A DNA stretch of 64,000 nt, from contig NC_043006.1 of assembly GCF_006345805.1 (NCBI RefSeq), positions 28,892,001 to 28,956,000 on the forward strand. Reading direction: 5' to 3'. Below, piece by piece: positions 21,882 to 33,205 of this stretch (position 1 is the stretch's first letter; each line of letters starts with the position of its first letter). Below the pieces are notes generated by a model. That model was not told the origin of the DNA and did no database searches. It was given only the letters and a program-made list of their open reading frames with translations. A program made the translations under genes and the position numbers. This DNA is from Octopus sinensis. Taxonomy: Eukaryota.

Positions 21882-22744
21882 AACTGGTCGCTCCTCGCGG
21901 TGATATAGAGGATCTTCGTCGATGCCTCCACCAAATTTGGAGGTGGTCTAACGAATGGGACCTGTGTCTGAACGTGTCAAAGTGCTGTCATCTGCCTGTT
22001 GGCTCTCCTCCTGCAACTCAACTTGATTTCGAGCCGGGTCGTCTGCTGCTGGAGAGGACCGATCAGGTAAAGGACCTGGGTATCTTGGTGGATTCCTCCA
22101 TTTCGCCTTCGGCCCAGTGCGTCCTTGCTGCCAACAAAGCACGCGGAATTCTGTTCTTGATTCGACGGTCATTCGGAATGCTCACAGCAGCCATATTCCT
22201 ACCACTCTATGTCACGCTGGTGAGACCCATATTGGAATACGGGATTCAAGCCTCTTCTCCTTATCTCCTCAAAGACATACAGCATCTCGAAAGAGTCCAG
22301 AAGCTGGCTACCCGCATGGTTCATGGTCTCAAAAATTTGTCCTATGAAGAAAGGCTGAGGACGCTCGACCTTTATTCTCTAGAAAAACGCCGCCGCCGTG
22401 GTGATCTCATTCTCGCCCACAGCATCATAAGCGGAAAGTGTAACCTCTCGAAAGAGCTGTTCTTCACTCCTGCTCCAGAGCGTCGGCTGCGGGGTCATTC
22501 CGAAAAGCTCTACCTGCGACGATTTCATCTCAATCGAAGGAGAGGAGCTTTCTCCATCCGGGTTGCGGATCCGTGGAACAAGCTGCCAGACGAGATGGTG
22601 AAGATGCCGACGACCGCTTTGTTCAAAGCCTTCCTTGATCTCAAGTGGCCTGAACTCTTTACATGAACACCACCCTGTACTTAACTCCATGTCCCCCTAC
22701 ATGGCCTTGCTATTTGCTTTTGAGCCAAATTAACTAACTAACTA

Positions 22745-22746
<2 letters not shown>
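21882..22746 (+). mobile_element. 5'-truncated CR1-type LINE, second family, (TAAC)n tail
   Basis: ORF 21974..22666 uninterrupted: LNVSKC, KDLGILVD, LYVTLVRPILEYG, LERVQKLATRMV.GLKNLSYEERLRTLDLYSLEKRRRRGDLI, LRGHSEKL, FSIRVADPWNKLP; tail TAAC x4 at 22731-22746. Confidence 0.92.
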
Positions 22747-22777
<31 letters not shown>

Positions 22778-22789
22778 ATAATTTAATAA

Positions 22790-22843
22790 ATAAAATATAT
22801 GCATACATATATGTACGTACCTACATCTACATGTATATATACA

Positions 22844-22899
<56 letters not shown>

Positions 22900-22968
22900 A
22901 AAAAATAAAATATATGCATACATACATACATATATGTACGTACCTACATCTACATGTATATATACATG

Positions 22969-23016
<48 letters not shown>

Positions 23017-23870
23017 GAGTACAGGACACCACAAATAGACGTAGAACTCAACGAGAAACGAAAACATAAAAACAAACATGGAAACGGACTTTTTTTAACA
23101 ACGAAAAAACAGAGTACAAGACAAACAATACAAGGAATATTCCCCTTCATCAGCTGTCCCTGGTTCGACTCAATGCGTGTTTCGAAGGTAAGGACAGAAC
23201 ACGCCCCGTCGAATCAATCCTTCCTGCAAAAGAATTAAATAAAATTTCTTTGCAGAGGGGTAAAAACAAGAAAGAAAAAAATGTGACAAGAACAGGACGT
23301 AAAAGCAATACAAATAAAAATACAAATACAAATAAAAATACAAATACAAAAAAATAGGAAGACAGACAGGAAGGAAGGAAAGGTTAAGCAAAGGGTTACA
23401 GAGTTCGCGTCATAATTATATATAAAAAACTTACTTGTCTGTCTTCCACTTTTTCTGTCTCTCTCCTTATTTTTCACCCTTTCTGGTTTCATTTCCTCTC
23501 AATCTCTCTCTCTTTCACTCCTCCTCATCTCTCTCACTGCCGAGTGGACGACCAACTTCCTTTCACTCGCAGCTTTCTACAAGTCAACACGACTTTTTCT
23601 TACGCTCTGAATTTTTCCATCGTCTAGGCTTAAAAAAAGGCCCTCAATGTTGGTTTCATTGTCCTGTTTTTATTCTTTATGTGTACCGTATTTTTTTGTA
23701 TTTGAATTTTTATTTTGTATTTGTATTTTTATTTGTATTCTTATTTGTATTGCTTTTACGTCCTGTTCTTGTCACATTTTTTTATTTCCTATTTATTAAA
23801 TTATTGTATGACTGAGCGCCCTCGCGTCGTTTCGTTTCATTTCTTTTCTTTTCTCCAAGTAAGTTTTTAT
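22790..23870. repeat. PLE pseudo-LTR-like repeat with internal inverted and tandem duplications
   Basis: 23010-23300 is the reverse complement homolog of 40330-40740; 23274-23356 is inverted at 23689-23783; a ~130-bp tail block is duplicated at 22790-22990. Confidence 0.6.
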
Positions 23871-24138
23871 ATGTGTGTATGTATTTCAAGGGAAACAACT
23901 ATTACAGCGCAGCTTACATAAAAACACTTTTTGTTATCTCCCGTACAAAATAAAAAATAAAAAAGATTTTAAGGGAAGTAACTGTAAAAAGAAACTTTTC
24001 ACAAACACTATTCTGACTTGTTTTGATATTACCTCCTTTGCTAAACAAGAAATGCAACTCGTGACAATTTTCTAAACGGCAAGTAAGGGACATAATTTCG
24101 GACGATATTAATATTTCTTGTTAGGATTTTGCATTATA

Positions 24139-25418
24139 TTGGGTTGTCCGGTAAGTTCGTGCCGATTTATTGTAGCTTACCTTTCGACTTATTTTAGAAC
24201 ATGGTTGAGTCCATAAAATAGGATTTTACTACACCTCCATTTAGAGCACAGTTTAAACTATCTTTTCGTGGAAAAAGGTTTATGTTCCTATAACCTGTGT
24301 TAATTCTGTAACCCTTCAAAATGGAAGATAAGAAAGTTCATTTTCGGCACTTGATGCTTTTCTTTTTCCGTAAAGGGAAAAATGCCTCACAAGCAATCAA
24401 AGAAATATGCACAGTTTACGGTGATGATTCTTTATCCGAAAGAACTGTATGGAAGTACTTCGCAAGGTTCCGAGCTGGAAATTGTAGCCTTATCGATAAA
24501 GAGCAATCAGGCAGACCATCCACTACAGATGATGACCAAATAAAGTCATTAATTGAGAATAACCCACATTGCACAACCCGAGAATTGGCAGAAAGCCTCA
24601 ACCTATCAAAATCCGTCGTTCATGAGCACCTGGTAAAGCTTGGGTACACAAATTGCTACGATGTTTGGCTACCACATGAGTTGAGTGAGAAGAACCTTTT
24701 GGATCGCATTTCCATCTGTGATTCACTTTATAAACAGAATGAAAACGTGCCTTTTTTTAAAGAAAATTGTGACAGGTGATGAGAAATGGATTATCTACCG
24801 AAATGTTCAGAGAAAGCGACCCTGCAGTAAGCGACATGAGCCACCCTTAGCCACCCAAAAAGCGGGTCTTCATCCTAAAAATGTCTTGCTTTGTGTCTGG
24901 TGGGATTGGAAAGGAATTCTTTACTATTAGCTTCTCCCAAGTAACCAGACAATTCTGAGAAATACTGCACACAACTGGATGAGTTAAAAGCAGCAATTCA
25001 CGAGAAACGTCCAGAATTGGCCAACAGGAAAGGTATTTTTTTCCAACAAGATAATCCAAGACTGCACGTTTCTTTGGGAACCAGACAAAAATTGCTGCAG
25101 CTCGGCTGGGATGTGTTATCCCACCCTCCATATTCACCAGATATTGTTCCTTCAGATTTCCACTTATTCAGGTCTCTGCAGAATAGTCTAAATAGTAAAA
25201 ATTTCAATTCCTTGGATGACGTAAAAAGATACCTTGATGAATTCTTTGCCATGAAACCACCTCAATTCTGGGAAGAGGGTATTTTCAAGTTAAAGGAAAG
25301 ATGGAGAAGCATTGTGCAACAAATTGGTTGATATTTGGTTGATTAAAATGTAATGGCAAGTATTTATTGACCTTTTTCTTTCCTTTAAAAATTGGCACGA
25401 ACTTTTCAAACAACCCAA
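24139..25418 (+). mobile_element. Full-length mariner (DD34D, mellifera-subfamily-like), 1280 bp
   Basis: TA at 24137-38 and 25419-20; TIRs TTGGGTTGTCCGGTAAGTTCGTGCCGATTT / AAATTGGCACGAACTTTTCAAACAACCCAA. Confidence 0.95.
24321..25331 (+). pseudogene. Mariner transposase pseudogene
   Basis: MEDKKVHFRHLMLFFFRKGKNASQA, SGRP, WLPHEL, TGDEKW, QQDNPRLH, YSPDIVPSDFHLF; 34 residues between 2nd and 3rd D; frameshift near 24765, TAG at 24928-30, further frameshift near 24950. Confidence 0.92.
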
Positions 25419-25469
25419 TAGTTAAATATCTGCTCTTCTCTGACAACAGAATGCAATAATAGTAAAGGT

Positions 25470-26930
25470 TGTTTTCTCTTTTTCCAATCGATGTCAATAC
25501 ATAGCAGATAACATCGTGTATACTTGTTTCCAGTGGGATGTCAACATTCACATACCTTTCTCCAATCGTGGAGAGGTTGGGAGGAATAACCCAAGAGTGA
25601 CACAGGCTTGCTTGGAGAGGAAAAGTTTGTCAGTTTAAGAATTGATGTGTGCACGAATTGATGAGTCATGCACTTTGCAAAGGATGTGACAGATATGCGT
25701 AGGGTCAAGATACTGATGAAATCTTTGGAGCTGCTGTTATCAGCATTCATTTTCATGACATGGAAGACCACACATCTGCAATATTCAACAGCATAGGCTG
25801 TTGAATATTGCAGAAGTGTGGTCTTCCGTGTCAGCTGCGTTGGTTTGAGCCTGCCACTGGCGATGGTGTTGTTTGAGGCAGACACTCTCATAGTGGTGTA
25901 GGATTCCATACAGTGCGTACTTGTGATTGTAGGCGGGGTATTTTGTCATGCATTCCTGTACATAACGTCTGTGGTGGTGTTTTCTGCAGGGGTTTGCGGT
26001 GGGTGTATCACGGAGTTCCTGGTTTCATTGACCAAGAATTACCACTCCTGGTGCCCATATGAACTGGAGGCCACGGTGGTTAAGGTGGAGCTGTGGCCCA
26101 TGAACCAGCTGGCTAAGCGTTTTCCACTTTCTTTTGCTTCGACGTACTTCAGGGCTTCTTCCAGGGTCATATCTTTATAAGAGTCACCCAGGATGCCAAG
26201 GCGGATTTCCTTGTCCCACCAACCCACGTATGAGAGCATCGCAGACTATAACATCGCTGTAATCAATCGTAGCATGGCAGGCTTCTCAGAGGCATTCCAC
26301 CTTGAAGTTGCAGACCCCTACCTGCCCTCAAAGAGGTGAAGCGAATGTCCTGACAGGTTCATCCCAGTCTTGGCAAATTTGTTGGCGGACAGCCAGCGGC
26401 TTAATGTAACTGAGGACTGTTCGCTCATCACTAGAAGCCCAAGCGCCAAACGTCCATGAGAGATCTTTTCTGAGGGTCTCATTGCGACATTTGAGAAGCT
26501 GAAAGACTATGTCATTACTTGTAAGATGAGTGGCTAGTTTGTAGTCTGACTGTCTCATCTCAAATTAAGCCCACTCCTCGATGGATAGTGACATCTACAA
26601 AGCAAAGCAAGGATTGCAGGATTAAAAAAGATCAACGAATAAAATTATAATTGATAGTGGAAAGAGGATTGTCGAATTCACGAGTGTATAAAAAAATTTT
26701 TGAACCACACATGAATAACAGGACATCTCAGAAATATCTTCTTATGCGGCAACAAATATTATTATTCAACAACCAGTTCATTTCATTATGTAAACGTAAC
26801 ATTTTTATAAATACGTGTAACAGGAAACCACGATGTCCTGTGAATGGTGGTTAACAATAGAACAAACTATATGATACTTTTCGTGGTTATATTTCTCCTA
26901 TTCTAGTATTGGATGAGGCATGATCGTAGA
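25470..26930 (-). mobile_element. Ty3/gypsy fragment (gag plus decayed protease region)
   Basis: LLKCRNETLRKDL...IKPLAVRQ..QDWDEPVRTF (ORF 26328..26558), EIRLGILGD...TLEEALKYVEAKESGK (ORF 26039..26239); nucleotide similarity to 19490-20240. Confidence 0.75.
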
Positions 26931-27884
26931 AAACATTAACCTTAGCCCTCATCCGTGCTTTTCACTGCTAAACCCGACATTAAAACATGATCAACACTCG
27001 AAATAAACCTGTTTAATCTCTACCCTCCCCATCACCCCAAAGCCTAACCCCTAGTTCAAACTTTGATCTCTTACCTAACCATTCTCTCTAAAAACCATTC
27101 ACAAATCCCCAAACTGACCCTAATATAGTCAAAACTCTGAACCCCAATCCTAACAGCAAACACTAACCAAAATAAGAAAAACCACTTACCTTTGGCCATT
27201 TGGTATCTATAATACAAGACATGATTTGCAAACAGCGAGCAAAATATCAACCAAAAACATTTCAAAGTCAAGTTTCATTTGCGTGTCGAATCATGAAATA
27301 CACTTGTTTAATAAATACAGTTGTCCTTACATTTACACAGTACATTGCTTCCACAAGTCATCAAACTAATCATTATCATGTGAAATGAAGTTGATGTTTT
27401 TATTTATAATATAAACAAATTAATTATTGAAATAAAAATAAGAAATACAATTAACGTGTATGTGTATCATCATCATTTAACATTCGTTTTTCATGCTGTC
27501 ATAGGTTGGACTATTTCACATGACCTGAGATGAATTACTATACTTACCTCTAATGTCTGTTTTGGCATGGTTTCTATGTCTGGGAACAGTTATGGTAATA
27601 CTGACACTAGTAAAATTACAAAGTAAATTTCAAGGCAGAGTAGATTGCTAGCAGTGAGAGAGGTGGCTTCATCCTAAGCTGAAGTATGATAGAGAGACAG
27701 GCAGAGGTGTATTGCTGTAGAGAAAGTACATGGCTACCTTGCATATATGTATGTATATAGGTAGACATTGATCTATTGTAATATTGGACTTTATTTTCAA
27801 TTAAAAAAATAGAACGCTTTCTCATTGCTAACATATGCATGATGTGTGCTTTAAAATGCAGTGATTGCACTGGCGCTAATTTTT

Positions 27885-28050
27885 TCAGATGATGATCACG
27901 GAGAGGATCATAGCCCAACTAATTAGGAAGAGAGTTAATCTAGATGAGATGCAATTTGGTTTTGTATCAGGAAGAAGCACCAGTCATGCTATATTTCTGT
28001 TAAGAAACCCACAGGAGAAGTACCTAACCAAATATAAACCTCGGTACTTG
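27885..28050 (+). mobile_element. RTE RT fragment
   Basis: ERIIAQLIRKRVNLDEMQFGFVSGRSTSHAIFLLR..QEKYL.K.KP.YLTFVD. Confidence 0.85.
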
Positions 28051-28344
28051 ACTTTTGTTGATATCATAATCATTCAGGCAATAACAGAGAAATTTAAAAC
28101 AGGCAAACCCTAGCAACTCCTCTATGCTGATTACAGGATTACAACTAAACACACATATAATACCGTTTATTACATTACATTCAATTCACCATTATATTAT
28201 TCATTTTATTAGCCATCATCTTTTCCTTCACATTTCAGGTATACTGAAGACCCTTTTGTCATTACTTCAAACTGTGTACAGTATTGGTGAAAGCAAACAG
28301 TTGTCAGACTTATTTATGACAAAGAGCAAGTCAACATGACCAAT

Positions 28345-28765
28345 TTACCCTATCCTACACCCAATTGTGCCACAAGTTGGCCTGTAAACACTCCAGGGTG
28401 GGTATTGACAAGCCTCATCGATCATCTGCAACAATGATACAGAATGTATGCACCTGCCACCTACAACAAATACAACCCCCTCCTCCCACTTTACTACCAT
28501 TACCAGCCACTGAGGAAAAATGTGTTCGCCTGGAGAAGTGGCTGCTACAATACTACAGCTCCAGCACATTCAACGCCTGTGACCATCAGCAATTCCCCAA
28601 GATATCTAACCCACCAATCTGCTTAATAGAGGATTCCCAATTCTAAGCCAGTCACCCACCATATGCCCATACCAGTCCTGGTTCATTGTCAAGAGAAAGT
28701 GAAAGCAGGTCTCGACAGGGACGTTCAACTTGAAGTTATCGAGCCTATCCCCAAAGTGAGACCAT
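28345..28765 (+). mobile_element. Ty3/gypsy protease-RT linker fragment
   Basis: PPPPTLLPLPATEEKCVRLEKWLLQYYSSSTFNACDHQQFP, then H.PIPV.VH.QEKVKAGLDRDVQLEVIEPIP. Confidence 0.75.
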
Positions 28766-29228
28766 AACCCATGGCCCATGCCAGTGGTCTAACCAGCCCA
28801 CTTATGCATACCTTTCCTTCATTAAACACTAAACTCTGCTTGCGAAGACCTGTTGAGGCAAGTGAAATCGAAATCAAATTTGATGACAGCACCGCATGAC
28901 TGGCATCCGTGCTAGTGGAGCGCTAAGAGTACTATCCGAGCATGATCGTTGCCAGGGCCGCTGACTGGTCCTGTGCAGGTAGCATGTAAAAATACCATTT
29001 GAGCATGGCCGTTGCCAGTACCACCTGACTGGCCCTCATGCCAGTGGCACGTAAAAGCACCCACTACACTCTTGGAGTGGTTGGCATTAGGAAGGGCATC
29101 CAGCCGTAGAAACTCTGCCAGATCAGATTGGAGCCTGGTGCAGTCATTTGGCTCGCCAGTCCTCAGTCAAACTGTCCAATTCATGCCAGCATGGAAAGCG
29201 GGCGTTAAACGATGATGATGATGATGAT
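28765..29228 (+). mobile_element. RTE LINE 3'UTR and (GAT)n tail
   Basis: Same 3'UTR as 43210-43620, ending GGCGTTAAACGATGATGATG. Confidence 0.8.
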
Positions 29229-29233
29229 ATATA

Positions 29234-30380
29234 CAGTGTGTGTAAGATATTTAAGGACAGAATAATGTTTACAAAAAAATAGATATATAATAACAGATAA
29301 TAATTTTATTTATCAAAGAACGCCATGGGGATAAAAATAAACCTTCTTTTCTATAATGTTATTCAATAAGGCAACCTTCAGCTTCAACAATTGCTTCTAT
29401 ATGAAATCTAAATCATCTACATGCTTGAATCAGGTGGTCCTGGTTCATTTTGGACATTACTCTGATTATGGCAGCTCTCAAAGAATCTTTGGTGTTATGA
29501 GCGTGTTCATTGACCTCTCACTCAACAACACTCTACATGTAATAGTCCAATGGATTGAGATCTGGAGAATTAGGAGGCCAAATATTAGGGATTATGTGAT
29601 CATGAAAATTTTCAGTCATCCAGTCCTGTGTCACTAGAGCCATGTGTGATAGTGCAGAGTCTTACTGAAACACATATGACCTTCCATTGCATACACTGCC
29701 TATCAAGGGCATTATTTCCAGGACCTCAATGTAGGTGGCAGAGTTAACTCCAAGATCTTGTGGAAAGAAGTAAGGAGGCATCACATGTCCTTCATTGCTG
29801 ACAATCCCTAAAACCATAAAAGTTACAGGGAATTTTGTATTCATAACACTGGGAACTTCAGAAGGATCTGCACATAACCATCTGTCATTTCTTCTGTTAA
29901 CTTTTTGATCTGGGTCAAAGTTTATCTTGTTTGAGAAAAACCACATCAAATCTTCTGCTGAGTTTTTCAGTTTGTTTAAGAACCTTTTAGATCTGATGTA
30001 CTGATTTTCTTTAGCTTTTTCTGACAAACTGACCTTTCCTCATCATATAAGACTTATATCTAATGTCTTCGTGGACAACATTTGTGACTGTTCCTTCTGA
30101 CACATGGAGATCTTTTGCAAATGACATCATGATTTTCTGGGTCTGTTGAACTTGCTGGATAAATTCAAGTGTTCTAATGATTTCAGAGCATTTAGAATGC
30201 TTTTTATACTTTGATACTGGTGACATGTTTCCATCTTCAGTCTCTAGCTTCTTACAAACTTTGTAGACAAAAGATCTGGCAACTTTTAAAAATTGAAATA
30301 TTTCTAAACATGTTCAGCCTTTATAACCACAATGACAGCATGCCTCTTCATTTCTTGAGTAAGCTGAGGGTCTGCCAGGC
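29234..30380 (-). mobile_element. maT-type (DD37D) Tc1/mariner remnant
   Basis: ORF 29662..30027 (FFS.K.NF..DQKVNRRNDRWL, KFPV..MVLGIVSNEGHVMPPYFF) continues Q*DSALSH...WPPNSPDLNPLDY with 37 residues between D and D; TA|CAG end at 29232-29236; other end not found. Confidence 0.85.
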
Positions 30381-30423
30381 ATACATATATACACCCATAC
30401 ACTCCCCCCACACACACATACAT

Positions 30424-30735
30424 AGGTGCAGGTGTGGCTGTGTGGTAACAAACTTGGTTTCAAAACACATGGTCCTCAGTTCAGTCCCACTGTGTGGTAA
30501 CTTGGCATGTGTCTTCTGCTATAGCCTCAGACCAACCAAAGCCTTGTCAGTGGCATTTGTAGACAGAAACTGAAAGAAATCAATTGTATATATATGTACA
30601 TATGTAAGTCTATGTGTGTGTCTTTGTGTTTCTCTTTCATCACTGCTTCACAACTGGTGTTTGTTTATTTACATCCCCATAACTTACTGGTTTCACAAGA
30701 AGAAACTAATAGAATAAGTACCAGGCCTATCAAAA
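30424..30735 (+). mobile_element. tRNA-derived SINE (family A); its tail and flank are partly repeated at 31110-31330
   Basis: GGTGCAGGTGTGGCTGTGTGG head; downstream CTCATATTT..GTTTGCCCACTCAGTTGTATCTATCAATTTATCTTT occurs at ~30760 and ~31265. Confidence 0.75.
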
Positions 30736-30815
30736 TAAAAAAGAACACTAGGTAGTGTCTCATATTTCGGTTTGCCCACTCAGTTGTATCTATCAATTTA
30801 TCTTTGTATGTGTGT

Positions 30816-30867
<52 letters not shown>

Positions 30868-31044
30868 ATTTTGTAGATAGGAACTGAAACAAATCTATCG
30901 TATATATATATTAATCAGCCGAAATTGCAAAGACAATCCGATTTTTGACTGAAGATCGAAGGCTTCGAATGTCCCATCCGTTTTTTTGTATCGTCTTCTA
31001 AATGTTTTGCGTTCTTGTCCCAGTTTGTGTTTTTTTACATTTAT

Positions 31045-31122
<78 letters not shown>

Positions 31123-31304
31123 TGTATGTGTGTGTCTTTGTCTCTGTGTTTCACCCTCATCACTGCTTCACAACTGCTGTTCATTTATTTACATCCCCAT
31201 AAATTACTAAAACTAGAACAAACTAATAGAATAAGTACCAGGCTTATCAACATTAAAAAATGCTCATATTTTTGTTTGCCCACTCAGTTGTATCTATCAA
31301 TTTA

Positions 31305-31357
<53 letters not shown>

Positions 31358-31359
31358 CA

Positions 31360-32641
31360 CCCTAATGGGGGCCTTAACTCCTAAATTTCTTTTATGATCC
31401 AAAACTAGGTCAAAAGTACTGAATGGATCTTTATGAAGTTTGGAAATTATATTCTATGCATAAAGGCCATAACCCCCATGACAATTCATATATTTTTGCT
31501 GTTGATGAAATTTTAATCACAGATATTAGACACAAATGAAGTAATATTTATAAAATTTCATCTTCTTACAAGTTAGAAAGACCCCTCCATAGGGACTTAA
31601 CCCCCACAATTTTGTCATTTTATCAGTTGTATTCTTGGAAGTTGTAGGGTTACCCGGGCATAAAAGTTGAGCATTATTTCTAATTCAATGGTACAACAGT
31701 GTAACACTTTGCTTTGACATACACTTACATTGTGATTTCTGCAATGTGGTGCATAAATTGTCAAGCAAATGAGAGGCATCTTTGCCTCCACTGATTCAGT
31801 TGCAAAGTGTTGAGTAAAGTTATTTGATTGCAGACCTCCTTTCAGTCTTTTAATTATCACTGGGTTACACATAGTCCCCACATGGAAACATTGATTTCAA
31901 GGCCTTCCCAATTGAGTGACTGGTTATTCAAAGACATTTATAGATTGCAAATTTATTCTGTCCAGTTACATATCAGTATAGTGGTCATTTGCAAACTCCA
32001 GAGGTGACACTTTAATTTCTCCTTAGCCCTCACGTAACACAGTTGTTAATGTTTATTTCAATTGGGTCACACTCTTCCAATTGCTATAGATTCATAATGC
32101 ATCTTACGGCTGTGCCTGTCACCTGGATGCTGAGGAATCCTACATTGGGAGTGGTAACGACTAGGGCAGGGTAACTGACAGCTTATTGTGATCATTCATC
32201 TTTTGGTTGCCTGTAGCTCTGCTCTCTTTTACAAACCCAGTGGACATATATTTCCTATTTCAAAGAAACAATAAATATAAGACCCAAGTTAAAAAGATTC
32301 TCAACAATTCAACTTCTCTGGTTGACATTAAGATGCCCACCCCCAACAGGGGCCTTAACTCTCACATTTTAGAGCTCCATGACCTTCAGTTTTCAGGAGC
32401 AAAATCCTTTTAACAGGTTCTATAAGACTGGAATTTTGGAATATGCACATAAAAATCAGTAGTATGGGATACATGTGGCATGATTACAATTTTTTTAGGG
32501 TGTGTAAAGAGGGAAATAACCCTCATCTGCAATTTTGATGAAATTCGAAACATAGATATTCCAGCTCATTACAGAAAATATAACAGAAAAGTCTAATTCT
32601 TCAATTGAATGTAACCGAGCAATGCCAGGTATCTCTGCTAG
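31360..32641 (+). mobile_element. Helitron-like remnant with 3' end
   Basis: CCGAGCAATGCCAGG (32615-32629) then CTAG|T (32638-32642), the same pattern as 14377-14405; 5' end not identified. Confidence 0.5.
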
Positions 32642-32650
32642 TATATATAT

Positions 32651-33205
32651 GTTGGACTCCACAATGAAGGGTCTTATCGGAATGCTCTGCTGAAGAACCT
32701 CCCTGTACCTCTTGCCGCATCTAAGACCGTGGATTCTGCTACCCATGAAGTTATTGTCATTGGGGTGCCAGAAGACATGGCTGATCTTCAGGCATTTGCT
32801 GCCAACTCAGCCAAAGACCTAGGCTGCGTTCCCCCAACAGGTGCTCTCCGACTTGGACGACCTGGCCCAAAACCCAGGCTCATCAAGCTGTCTTTTCCAG
32901 ACCACGCTGAGGCAACTGCATACCACCTGGCCTCAGTTAAAGCTGGGCATGAAAATCGGACAACCCACCGAACACGCCCAGGCTTACCATCCGATGTACG
33001 TCCGAAGCTATGTGTAGCGGCTTCCCTGAACCGGAACTCAGCTCTACATGAAAGCTTCAGTCTTCGTGATGATGGACAAATCTGGAGATTTGTTAAGACG
33101 GGTGAAACGTGGAAGAGAGATAACAGCTGGTCTGAGTGCTCTCTACCCACAATGACTGACACTGAAAAAAAAACTAAAAAAACTACAGCAACTCAGGGAA
33201 ACTAA
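32651..33205 (+). CDS. LINE ORF1 C-terminal part
   Basis: Frame open upstream of 32729: SYRNALLKNL...EVIVIGVPED...LRLGRPGPKPRLIKLSF, the VIV.GVPE / RLG / PR.+K+.F pattern of CR1-type ORF1. Confidence 0.7.
   Translation, partial: VGLHNEGSYRNALLKNLPVPLAASKTVDSATHEVIVIGVPEDMADLQAFAANSAKDLGCVPPTGALRLGRPGPKPRLIKLSFPDHAEATAYHLASVKAGHENRTTHRTRPGLPSDVRPKLCVAASLNRNSALHESFSLRDDGQIWRFVKTGETWKRDNSWSECSLPTMTDTEKKTKKTTATQGN

Noticed and set aside
23140-23200. Type II hammerhead on the minus strand (CTTCGAAAC...GTC...CTGATGAAGG), homolog near 40480-40545
   Set aside because: Stem I does not pair in either copy and GAAA is not kept in the second; at most a decayed motif.
30945-30980. CTGAAGA...CTTCGAATGTC hammerhead-like motif
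   Set aside because: GAAA incomplete and stem II not foldable.
33165-33190. -1 ribosomal frameshift site joining LINE ORF1 and ORF2
   Set aside because: The A-run does not give an in-frame X XXY YYZ heptamer downstream of the TAA at 33175-77.
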